The position numbers and the translations under genes were made by a program. A stretch of 63,981 bases of DNA, the filler included, from Candidatus Woesearchaeota archaeon (GTDB taxonomy: Archaea; Nanobdellota; Nanobdellia; Woesearchaeales; WJIZ01), in assembly GCA_018221205.1 (NCBI GenBank). It is 7 parts of 7 records of this genome, joined end to end, with 100 filler letters (N's around TTAATTAATTAA, not from the genome) between each part and the next. Parts side by side here need not be neighbours in the genome. Positions count along the whole stretch, not along the records: positions 45,478 to 55,512 come from JAAOYF010000055.1; positions 55,613 to 61,528 come from JAAOYF010000011.1; 5 more parts are not named here. One strand, written 5' to 3'. Every line of letters begins with the position of its first letter. Position 1 is the stretch's first letter. The notes under the pieces were generated by a model, which ran no database searches, was not told the DNA's origin, and saw only the letters and a list, made by a program, of their open reading frames with translations. Of the stretch, positions 50,593 to 58,896 are shown piece after piece.

Positions 50593-51143
50593 TTTTCTTT
50601 TCTGATTTTCAGATAGAATGCGAGATGATTCACTGTGACATGGAGCATAAAACTTGCAAGCAGCGCTGTGAAGAGAAATTGCCAGCTGAACAGTGCATAA
50701 TAGAGGGGGGCCACAAAGATTAACGCCCCTGCGACGAAATCGAGCTGATCAAAAGGTATCCACTTATCTCCCGGTTTTATTCCCAGCATCCTTTTGAAAT
50801 AACTAGCTACGGCATCACCGATCATCGCTCCCAGACCCATGAGCGTCCCTAATAGGACAGGCCTGGAGTAATCGATGACGCTGATGGAGTTAAACCAAGA
50901 CACATTCAAGAGTGACTGCTGGACAAAGGCAAGAAAAATTCCCGTTATGACGCCGATGAATAATCCTCGGTAGGTCTTATGATCTCCCATCAATCTTTTT
51001 CCTCTCTGCTTCAGCTTGTGGTCTAACGGATAGTCAAGCTGCTTCAACAATCTCGCTTTCTGTGCCAGGACAGGCGCCATATTGGCGAAATAGGCAGGAA
51101 CAAGGAAGTACATGCTCTCCAGGATAATCTGCATCACAGTCAT
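50586..51143 (-). CDS. carS: CDP-archaeol synthase
   Basis: PAYFANMAPV, GDHKTYRG, SYFKR and PFDQLDF motifs. Confidence 0.9.
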   Translation of the reverse strand: MTVMQIILESMYFLVPAYFANMAPVLAQKARLLKQLDYPLDHKLKQRGKRLMGDHKTYRGLFIGVITGIFLAFVQQSLLNVSWFNSISVIDYSRPVLLGTLMGLGAMIGDAVASYFKRMLGIKPGDKWIPFDQLDFVAGALIFVAPLYYALFSWQFLFTALLASFMLHVTVNHLAFYLKIRKEKW

Positions 51144-51679
51144 ACTACCCTCCTTATGGTAAATGGACTGATCATCAATGCGCCGAGGAGAATGAAAAGA
51201 TAAGGGTAGAATATTGTCGGCAGACTGAAGAAGAATATGAGCGGGATGATGAGGCCATTCAAGGTTATCGGCATGCCGATGAACCCTTCTCTCAGGTTGA
51301 TGATATTATATCTTGCCAGACGGATCATTCCGCAGGTTATGAAGAATATCAAAGCGATGCCCAGAAAGAGGTCAACTGCTGCGTATGAAAATCCAAAAAA
51401 AGCCGTCGCTATGCCAAAACTTGACATATCAGCCAGTGAATCTATCTGCTTGCCGAATTCTGTCTTCTGTTTCAAGAGGGAAGCGACCTTTCCATCCATG
51501 AAATCCATGAATACGGCAACAATGAGCAGGATAGCAGCCATCTGGAATTCTCTCTGGACGATAAAGTAGATGGCGAGCAGTCCTGAAAGCAGATTGAGAA
51601 AGGTTATCATGTCAGGAAGATTCATAATCTTTTTCAGATCGAACTTATCAAGATTCCTGAATTTCCCCATTCTTCTCAT
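51140..51679 (-). CDS. pssA: CDP-alcohol phosphatidyltransferase, PssA/archaetidylserine synthase-like
   Basis: DFMDGKVA, FGKQIDSLAD, RLARYN and FIGMP motifs. Confidence 0.85.
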   Translation of the reverse strand: MRRMGKFRNLDKFDLKKIMNLPDMITFLNLLSGLLAIYFIVQREFQMAAILLIVAVFMDFMDGKVASLLKQKTEFGKQIDSLADMSSFGIATAFFGFSYAAVDLFLGIALIFFITCGMIRLARYNIINLREGFIGMPITLNGLIIPLIFFFSLPTIFYPYLFILLGALMISPFTIRRVV

Positions 51680-51743
51680 GAGAGCATTGGCATTTATTAA
51701 GTTTTTGCATAATCTTTTTAATACGCCTAGCTATTCTGGCACT

Positions 51744-53198
51744 ATGGCCATTACTATACTTGATTGCTATACGGATGAGCCTGCTGGTTTGGGGGTTCCT
51801 CCTTATCTGGGAACGTATCCAAGATATCTGTATGGCTATCTGAAGGAAGAGCATGAGACCATTAATTACCTGACCATCGATGATCTCCGGCTGCATATCT
51901 TCTATCAGGGCAAGATCAAGGAGAAAGCCCAGACCGATATCAAGACCTATAATCTCACGAAGAATTATCCCCATATCAGCAAGATATTGTCTGAGACCAA
52001 TGAATTAATCATCATTGTCGGAGTGCATGCACCAGGAAAATACCTTTCTGCTTTACCTGGAATTTTACATGAGGTTCTTCGGCTCGTGAAAGATATCAAA
52101 TGCAAAAAAGTTCTTACTGGGCCTGCACTCTATGGCACTTCTCTGGAAGGAGGCAAGTTTTTCGAGAAGGCAGACCTGCAGAAGTTTGATGAAGTTCGAA
52201 ATTATAACTTTCCTTTTGCGAAAGTCGCTGGCTATGCTGTCAGCGGTGCAGAACTTGTCAAACAGATTCCTGATTATCGTATCATTGAATTGGAGACAGG
52301 AAGAGGGTGTTCGAGCAAAGGATGTAATTTCTGCACTGAACCGTTGAAAAGCAGACTGATGTTCCGACGGAAAGAGGATATCATCTTGGAAATGAAGGCA
52401 ATGCATGAGAATGGAGTTGTTGATTTTCGCCTCGGCAAGCAAGCTTGTTTCTATACCTATCCTGGACCTGATAAACTTTTGGAAAGGATAAGGGAGGAGA
52501 TCAAGGATATCCGAACATTGCATATCGATAATGTGATTCCGAGCATGGTTCTTTCTTCACGAGGAGATAGGATCACAGAGGCAATAGTGAAGCATTGCAC
52601 ACCTGGAAATATCGCTGCTTTTGGCGTGGAGAGTTTTGATCCTGCAATCATCGAAGCGAATAATCTTGCCTGCGATGCTGAGACGTCTTTTGAAGCCATC
52701 AAAAGAGTCAATGAGCTTGGAAGAGAGATGGGGAAGAACGGCATGCCAAAATATTTACCAGGCATCAATATCCTCTTCGGATTAGAAGCAGAGAGCAAGC
52801 AGAGCCAGGAAGAGAATATGAAATGGCTGAAAAAGATCTATGATGACGGACTATTGGTGAGAAGGATCAACATCAGGCAGGTTGCTGTCTTTCCTGGAAC
52901 AAAACTTTATGAGCGGTGCGGGAATAAATATCTGCGCAAGAATAAAAGATATTATTGGAAATGGCGGAATGAGATAAGGCAGAAGATCGATTTTCCGATG
53001 CTGAGGAGATTGGTGCCGAAAGGATCAATCCTGAAGGGAATCCGGACAGAGGTGCATGACGGCAATACGACGTTCGGCAGGCAGATCGGAAGCTACCCTC
53101 TTTCCGTGGGCATCAAGAAAAAACTGCCCTTGAAAAAATTCTATGATATCAAGGTTGAGGACCATATGCTGCGGAGTGTTGTCGGCTCTATCCAATAA
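51744..53198 (+). CDS. Archaeal radical SAM protein with C-terminal TRAM-like domain
   Basis: DEPAGLGVPPY, CxxxxCxxC (GCSSKGCNFCTE) and GRQIGSYP motifs. Confidence 0.88.
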   Translation: MAITILDCYTDEPAGLGVPPYLGTYPRYLYGYLKEEHETINYLTIDDLRLHIFYQGKIKEKAQTDIKTYNLTKNYPHISKILSETNELIIIVGVHAPGKYLSALPGILHEVLRLVKDIKCKKVLTGPALYGTSLEGGKFFEKADLQKFDEVRNYNFPFAKVAGYAVSGAELVKQIPDYRIIELETGRGCSSKGCNFCTEPLKSRLMFRRKEDIILEMKAMHENGVVDFRLGKQACFYTYPGPDKLLERIREEIKDIRTLHIDNVIPSMVLSSRGDRITEAIVKHCTPGNIAAFGVESFDPAIIEANNLACDAETSFEAIKRVNELGREMGKNGMPKYLPGINILFGLEAESKQSQEENMKWLKKIYDDGLLVRRINIRQVAVFPGTKLYERCGNKYLRKNKRYYWKWRNEIRQKIDFPMLRRLVPKGSILKGIRTEVHDGNTTFGRQIGSYPLSVGIKKKLPLKKFYDIKVEDHMLRSVVGSIQ

Positions 53199-53229
53199 TT
53201 TTATATAACCATTTTCTCTTTAGACCATT

Positions 53230-54375
53230 ATGAAAAAAAGAGGGCAGGCAAAGACCATCACGTATATCATCATCGCCATCGGTCTTGTTGTGCTGATCAT
53301 CTTTTCTCTCTCTTCATTCCAGGAATTGGCTTCTCAGCAGGATGATATCCAGATCGTCAATCTGCAGAAGAGCATCGCCACAAGAGTATTGCAGCAGAGC
53401 ACCCGTTCTAAAGGAACGAGAATGAATGCTTCTTTCGCTGTTCCCTCTTCTGTCCATCAGATCTGTTTCTTCGACTCCAATCAATCATTTGATAATCTGA
53501 GGAATCCTGCGATCACCAGCTTATTCGCTGATGATGAGGTGAATAATCTGTTTTTGCTCTCTGGTGGGAGCTATATCCCTGGGAGAGTGGAGAATATGGT
53601 TCTTCGAAAGAATCCTTTATGCGCAAAGATCATCAATAACCGGATAGATCTTGTTCTGGAAACTTCCCAGCAGCAGACAGTTGTGGATGCCTCTGCAGAT
53701 GTCGAGGATGTCCAATGTGTATCTGTCCTGGAGCATGGTCCGAATGAGGGAAAGATCGATATTGTATTTTTAGGGTATGCATTCAAAGATACTGATGAAT
53801 TCAATGAGGAGGTCAACCGCTATATGAATAACATCCTCTTGGAGTTTAAGCCTTTTTCCGATTATATAGAGAAGTTCAATTTCTATCGCGTGGATGATAC
53901 AAATATCAGCTGCGATATCTCTGGCTATATTGCCTGCGACCAATATCAGCTCTTGAAGTCGGCGTCAAATTGTCCGAATGATTATATCTTCCTTTTAGTA
54001 GCAAGATCCAAGATAGCTGAATTCATCAAGCCGGTGCGAAGTTCTGCTATCGGCAAGATCGCAAAGATAAATACTGCTGATAAGCCTTTTGTTCTGGTGC
54101 ATGAATTCGGCCATACTTTCGGCGATCTGGCTGATGAATATGTCGATGATAACTACTACACCCTCTCTAATTTTGATGTGAGTAAATACCCTAATTGTGA
54201 TTCCAGCCCCTGCGATGCGTGGCAGACCATCAATGGAAGCAGCTGCTATCAAGGCTGCTCTCTAAGCAGGTATTTCAGGCCGACAGAAGAATCGCTCATG
54301 CGTTCGTTGAGCAGCCCTACCTTTGGGCCGGTGAATGAACGAGAGTTGCTGAAGAGGTTGCTGCACTATGATTAG
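53230..54375 (+). CDS. Pilin-like protein fused to an M64 (IgA peptidase)-like metallopeptidase
   Basis: KKRGQ class III signal; KIDIVF, PF..Y..KFNFY, HEFGH..GDLADEY and SLMR motifs. Confidence 0.75.
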   Translation: MKKRGQAKTITYIIIAIGLVVLIIFSLSSFQELASQQDDIQIVNLQKSIATRVLQQSTRSKGTRMNASFAVPSSVHQICFFDSNQSFDNLRNPAITSLFADDEVNNLFLLSGGSYIPGRVENMVLRKNPLCAKIINNRIDLVLETSQQQTVVDASADVEDVQCVSVLEHGPNEGKIDIVFLGYAFKDTDEFNEEVNRYMNNILLEFKPFSDYIEKFNFYRVDDTNISCDISGYIACDQYQLLKSASNCPNDYIFLLVARSKIAEFIKPVRSSAIGKIAKINTADKPFVLVHEFGHTFGDLADEYVDDNYYTLSNFDVSKYPNCDSSPCDAWQTINGSSCYQGCSLSRYFRPTEESLMRSLSSPTFGPVNERELLKRLLHYD

Positions 54376-54874
54376 ACAAGCTGTTTATCTCATGATGGCA
54401 GTTGTTCTGTTAGGTGGAGCTCTTGCAGCAACCCAAGAAGTTGTCGTCTTTAAACTGCATTATGATCATGGTGAAGTGAAGGTGCTTAATTTCACGAAGA
54501 AATATGGCTTTACTCCGGATAGACGGATCCAACCCGATCCAGGCTATATGCTGAGGGTGCTTTCGGATGAAGGAGTGATCCATGAATTCCGGTTTAAAGT
54601 ACCTAATGAGCTCATAGCAGAGGGAACCGATGAGACCGGCGAATTGAAAGGGGGGAAAATTGTCCTCGAGGACATGAATTTTGCATTATCAATCCCTCAT
54701 TTTGATGAGATGACCTCTATCGAGATCTATTCTGAGAATGATGAAGTTGTAGGAACATACTTGTTTCCATCTGATGATATCACTACGATCAAATCCAGCC
54801 TTATCGGATTTATCATCATCGTCACTATTGTCAGTATAGGGTTTATCTTCTGGCGATACAAGAGGAGAAGTTAA
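54368..54874 (+). CDS. Hypothetical exported protein with C-terminal membrane anchor
   Basis: Signal peptide, C-terminal TM helix and basic tail. Confidence 0.7.
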   Translation: MIRQAVYLMMAVVLLGGALAATQEVVVFKLHYDHGEVKVLNFTKKYGFTPDRRIQPDPGYMLRVLSDEGVIHEFRFKVPNELIAEGTDETGELKGGKIVLEDMNFALSIPHFDEMTSIEIYSENDEVVGTYLFPSDDITTIKSSLIGFIIIVTIVSIGFIFWRYKRRS

Positions 54875-54956
54875 AGAGGTCTTTCGAAATTATTTCGGAA
54901 ATTGCACTGGACAAAAATTCTTCTCACGTGGGATTTAAAAACAGTAGCCTGTTCTG

Positions 54957-55079
54957 AAAAAGAGGACACGCTCACCTGCTAAATTGTGATTTCCGGTTTA
55001 ACCAGAAATCACTTAGGCAGGTTCGCTCAATGTCCTCTTTTTCGTTGCTCCAAAGATCCAGCAATGGAGATCTTTGGAG
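54957..55079 (+). ncRNA. Conserved two-hairpin leader of a LAGLIDADG gene, copy A
   Basis: 86-nt hairpin, 5-nt spacer and 32-nt hairpin burying the GGAG of the GGAGGTG RBS; aligns without gaps to copy B with compensatory changes. Confidence 0.7.
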
Positions 55080-55089
55080 GTGTTTTGAA

Positions 55090-55512
55090 ATGAATTTATC
55101 AACAGATGAAAAATTGGCTGAGCTGATTGGTATTATGTTAGGGGATGGATGTCTTTGCAGAACTGCAAGACAAAGGCTTATCTATATTTGCGGACACAAG
55201 ACTGATGATTGCGAATACCATACTACTATTACTGCAAAACTCTTTAAAGACATTTTCAACAAGGAGATTAAAATCCATTTCAGAAATAATGTAAATGTTG
55301 TTTACATTAAATTCAGTGATAAGGAAATCTTCAGAACACTTCGTTCTTTACAGATACCGGTCGGAAAGAAATATAATTACTTACGCATTCCGGTTTGCAT
55401 TAATTCAGACAAGCTATTTTGTTCTTTAATGAGGGGGTTATTTGATACTGATGGTTGTGTCGTACTAAGTAGGCAACATAGAGAGAATCCTTACTATCCA
55501 AGATTAGAGATA
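55090..55512 (+). CDS. Two-motif LAGLIDADG endonuclease, 3' truncated by gap
   Basis: LAELIGIMLGDG and LMRGLFDTDG; shares GKK and PYYP with 21782-22501. Confidence 0.88.
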
Positions 55513-55614
55513 NNNNNNNNNNNNNNNNNNNNNNNNNNNNNNNNNNNNNNNNNNNNTTAATTAATTAANNNNNNNNNNNNNNNNNNNNNNNNNNNNNNNN
55601 NNNNNNNNNNNNGC

Positions 55615-55694
55615 GTAGCCGCGTAAAAGTATTTCTAAGAAGTCGACCTAAAGGTCGGGGAATTAAACCCCTGTGCTCGCTACGCTCGCATTAA
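55615..55694 (+). repeat. 80-nt multicopy element end, copy 2
   Basis: One mismatch to 6525-6604. Confidence 0.85.
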
Positions 55695-55815
55695 GATATG
55701 GAAGGTATTTCTTATAGTATCTTTAGTCTACTGTACTGCTCATAGGCTAGGTTAAATAGAGGAAATAGAAGAAATACGGAACGTTAAGCTTATAAAGAAA
55801 ATAACTGTTCCAACC

Positions 55816-55900
55816 TTCATGCCAACGTCGCATACTCAAAAATCTTTGTCGATTTTTGGTCGCGTCTAGACATTCACTTCGTTCATGCCAACGTCGCATA
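55816..55900 (+). repeat. 19-nt direct repeat of the tRNA-Ser 5' end flanking a 47-nt hairpin insert
   Basis: TTCATGCCAACGTCGCATA at 55816-55834 and 55882-55900; the insert holds CAAAAATC/GATTTTTG. Confidence 0.85.
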
Positions 55901-55970
55901 ACCTGGTATTGCGCCAGCTTGGAAAGCTGGTTTCCGCAAGGATATCCCGGTTCAAATCCGGGCGTTGGCG
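55887..55970 (+). tRNA. tRNA-Ser(GGA)
   Basis: GCCAACG/CGTTGGC acceptor, CCAGC-TTGGAAA-GCTGG anticodon arm, long variable arm, G73. Confidence 0.95.
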
Positions 55971-55972
55971 TT

Positions 55973-56521
55973 TTAGAATTCTTCTGTGTTTATGATCTCG
56001 GCATTATACCAGTATTTGTACTCGTCGAATGTTGCTTTCTTGAATATGCCGATAGCGTCTTTGATTGCTGTTATGTAGAAACCTTTCATGAATGCTGATC
56101 TCATGGTTGTATCGACGCAGCCATCAGCGTAGAATCCTGCAAAAAATAATTTTTCAATGTTATTATCTTTCAGATATTTTTCTAATTCTGGATTGGAGAA
56201 TCCGTCATAGAGATGCTTGATCATAATTTTGTTATCTTTTGGATCGAACATGAGCTCTGATCCTGGACTGTCTTCTGAACATAATTCTTCTGTTCCATCT
56301 CTCTTATATCTTTCATAGACATTCTTCGGCCAATGCTTCTTTCCGTAGATTGATTTTATGAAAATAATTGGAATGTCTCGCTTTCTTGCTTTGTCAACCA
56401 CTGCCTGTATGTTCTTGAGAACTTTTGGATAATTCGAAACGTCCAGGCCTTTCTTCGCTGATAATCCTTCTTCTGCGCAGAAATCCTTTTGCACGTCAAT
56501 AACCAGGAGTGCTTCCTTCAT
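55973..56521 (-). CDS. Isochorismatase/cysteine hydrolase family protein
   Basis: LLVIDVQKDF, K..YDGF and CVDTT motifs. Confidence 0.88.
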   Translation of the reverse strand: MKEALLVIDVQKDFCAEEGLSAKKGLDVSNYPKVLKNIQAVVDKARKRDIPIIFIKSIYGKKHWPKNVYERYKRDGTEELCSEDSPGSELMFDPKDNKIMIKHLYDGFSNPELEKYLKDNNIEKLFFAGFYADGCVDTTMRSAFMKGFYITAIKDAIGIFKKATFDEYKYWYNAEIINTEEF

Positions 56522-56572
56522 ATGTTTGTAGAATAGGAATAGCTATATAAATATTCGCGAATCCATGCTTTC

Positions 56573-57481
56573 ATGAAGATCCTCATTATGGGTGCGGGTG
56601 CGTTCGGCACAGCTATCGGCGGATTTTTAGCTAAAGAGCATGATATCATTCTAGTGGGTAGAGAAAAGTATATGGAACCTATCCGAAAGAACGGATTGAA
56701 AGTAAGCGGCGTTCTTGGTGAATTCACTGTCAAAAATATTCGGGCTGAATCTTCTGTTCCCAAAGAAGAACAAGAACTGATTATCCTGACGACGAAATCT
56801 CAGGATACAAAGCAAGCAGCAGAGCAGATGAAGCCTGCTGTCGGCAAAACTGCTATTCTTAGTTTACAAAATGGTGTTGGAAATGAAGAAGTTTTACAAG
56901 AGATTCATGGTGAAGACAAAGTCTTGGGAGGAATAGCTATGATGGGGTTTGAGATTGTCAAGCCAGGAGAGGTCAAAGTAACTGCAGTGGGAGATCATAT
57001 GAAGATCGGCGAGATGGATGGAAAGATGACCGAACGAATAAAGAAAATCGCAGAGGTCTTCACTGATGTAGGTATTGAGACAGATGCAGTGGATAACATC
57101 AAGCACCATATCTGGACTAAATTGATGTATAACTGCGCCTTGAACTCGACAAGCGCTTTGTTTGGTGTGGAATATGGCAAATTACGCAATGAATATGCCT
57201 GGAAGATCGTCAATGATATCATCAAAGAAGTGTTTTTGGTTGCAGAGAAGAAGAATATCAAGCTCAATTGGAAAGATCATAAAGAAATGGTCGGTTTTTT
57301 GGATCAAGTATTGAAAAAAGTAGGCAAACATCGGGCTTCGATGCTGCAAGACTTGGAATTAGGAAGAAAGACTGAGATAGATTTCTTGAATGGAAAAGTT
57401 GTTGAGTATGGGAAAGAAATTGGAATAAAAACGCCAGTGAATGAGATTCTTTGGAATTTGATCAAATTTCGGGAGAATTAA
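56573..57481 (+). CDS. panE: Ketopantoate reductase
   Basis: GAGAFG, LQNG, W.KL..N and SMLQD..GRKTEID motifs. Confidence 0.9.
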   Translation: MKILIMGAGAFGTAIGGFLAKEHDIILVGREKYMEPIRKNGLKVSGVLGEFTVKNIRAESSVPKEEQELIILTTKSQDTKQAAEQMKPAVGKTAILSLQNGVGNEEVLQEIHGEDKVLGGIAMMGFEIVKPGEVKVTAVGDHMKIGEMDGKMTERIKKIAEVFTDVGIETDAVDNIKHHIWTKLMYNCALNSTSALFGVEYGKLRNEYAWKIVNDIIKEVFLVAEKKNIKLNWKDHKEMVGFLDQVLKKVGKHRASMLQDLELGRKTEIDFLNGKVVEYGKEIGIKTPVNEILWNLIKFREN

Positions 57482-57514
57482 TGTTTCACTACTTGTGGTC
57501 ACAAGAATAATGAG

Positions 57515-57618
57515 TGGACTGGCCGGGATTTGAACCCGGAGCCTCACCGCAATTGGGAATGGAGACAAACCTCCTATTCTTGCCAGCGGCGCGTTATACC
57601 AGATTTAACTACCAGCCC
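57515..57618 (-). tRNA. tRNA-Ala(GGC) with a 30-nt intron at 37/38 (57551-57580)
   Basis: GGGCTGG/CCAGTCC acceptor with G3-U70, C32-G38, anticodon GGC and a BHB-like intron. Confidence 0.9.
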
Positions 57619-58361
57619 AAACGTTCTGCTTTGAAAGGTCGGATATCCTTTAAAAACCTTGTGACGCTTTCTTGATGAAGTTGAAAACAATATCGCTTCT
57701 TCCATTTTTTGTGTTGTTGAGAATAATAACTATAGGAGTATCCAAAATCAACGAGTATGGTTTTTACCTGTCTAGCTAGACCTTCGCTAGTTGTATTGAA
57801 GCTAATGCGGATTCTGTTCTCTTTTTTCTTATATAATATGCTTCCATCTGTATCAAATAATCCTTTAACAAACCCCCTTTTGAATGATTTGGATACATCC
57901 ATTATCTTTAATTTAACTGTAGAGTGTTTAGATGTGGAATCATAATCTAAGAAATGAGAAAAGTATTCAAATAAAGCTTTTGAATATGTTCTAACTCGAA
58001 AGGTGTGTGCATCTTCACTGATGTGAAATTTTCTTTGAAAATGTTTTTCGAATAATTGTTTCACATACAATAAATAATCATTATTAACTTTGCCGACATG
58101 AACATTGATAGTATATTGATAATTCTTTGGATAAAAATATTGGCTCCCGTCTCCAGCAAAAATTCCCATTATTTCACCTGTTTGTTTGGTATAAGATATT
58201 TGAAATTTTGTGGGGGATTTTTTGTATGATGGATCGACGCCCAAGTACTTTATGGCCGTGTTTTTAGAGATTTTTAAGTCTCGGCAGATTGTTCTTTTTG
58301 AAAATCCTCTTCTCGACAGATATTTTATCTTTTGTAATTTCTCAACTGATATTTTATTCAT
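57609..58361 (-). CDS. LAGLIDADG endonuclease with N-terminal HTH
   Basis: GFSKRTICRDLKISKNTA HTH; GEIMGIFAGDG and FVKGLFDTDG; stop codon lies inside the tRNA-Ala 5' end. Confidence 0.9.
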   Translation of the reverse strand: MNKISVEKLQKIKYLSRRGFSKRTICRDLKISKNTAIKYLGVDPSYKKSPTKFQISYTKQTGEIMGIFAGDGSQYFYPKNYQYTINVHVGKVNNDYLLYVKQLFEKHFQRKFHISEDAHTFRVRTYSKALFEYFSHFLDYDSTSKHSTVKLKIMDVSKSFKRGFVKGLFDTDGSILYKKKENRIRISFNTTSEGLARQVKTILVDFGYSYSYYSQQHKKWKKRYCFQLHQESVTRFLKDIRPFKAERLGW

Positions 58362-58369
58362 AATTCCAC

Positions 58370-58492
58370 CTCCAAAGTTTTCGTGTTTTGAAACTTTGGA
58401 GCTCTTAAAAAGAGAACAATGAGCAAAACAGCATAATTGATTTTAGGCTTTGCCGAAAATCATTATTTAGCTGTTTTGCGTGTTCTCTTTTT
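58370..58492 (-). ncRNA. Conserved two-hairpin leader of a LAGLIDADG gene, copy B
   Basis: Hairpin 1 at 58407-58492 and hairpin 2 at 58370-58401; same lengths as copy A. Confidence 0.7.
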
Positions 58493-58556
58493 TGTAACAA
58501 GGACTTCTATATATGTCTAATCGAACAATAACCGAAAGAAATTTGACTTAAAAAGG

Positions 58557-58584
58557 GTGTTATACCAGGTTTAACTACTGGCCC
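58557..58584 (-). pseudogene. Degenerate tRNA-Ala 5' fragment (acceptor 5' strand plus D arm)
   Basis: GGGCCAGTAGTTAAACCTGGTATAACAC versus GGGCTGGTAGTTAAATCTGGTATAACGC (24/28); TATA-like box about 25 nt upstream. Confidence 0.85.
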
Positions 58585-58622
58585 AGACCTCTAAAGAACC
58601 TCTGAACCATATAAAAAAGTAT

Positions 58623-58835
58623 CTACTTCACTGCAATCTTAATATCCTTTCCTTGGACAGTCTTCCGTCCAGAGTGCTTCGCAATCTTGATGGCTCTCTC
58701 GCTTGTCTTGGTCCCATAATTGATCAGGTATTCGACTAATTCCTCGACTGCCCCATCAGCTACTCTTTTCGCGCCTGTTTTCTGCATTATCTTAGCGATC
58801 GGTGCTTTTGGAATAGTGCTTCCTGGTCTTGGCAT
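58623..58835 (-). CDS. Archaeal histone
   Basis: IPKAPI..I..GAKRV, A..IAKHSGRKTV..KDI. Confidence 0.92.
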   Translation of the reverse strand: MPRPGSTIPKAPIAKIMQKTGAKRVADGAVEELVEYLINYGTKTSERAIKIAKHSGRKTVQGKDIKIAVK

Positions 58836-58896
58836 TGTTCCACCTCAATAACAAAATTTCGCTGGGTTTATAATCATTTACTTCAGTGCGAAATTT

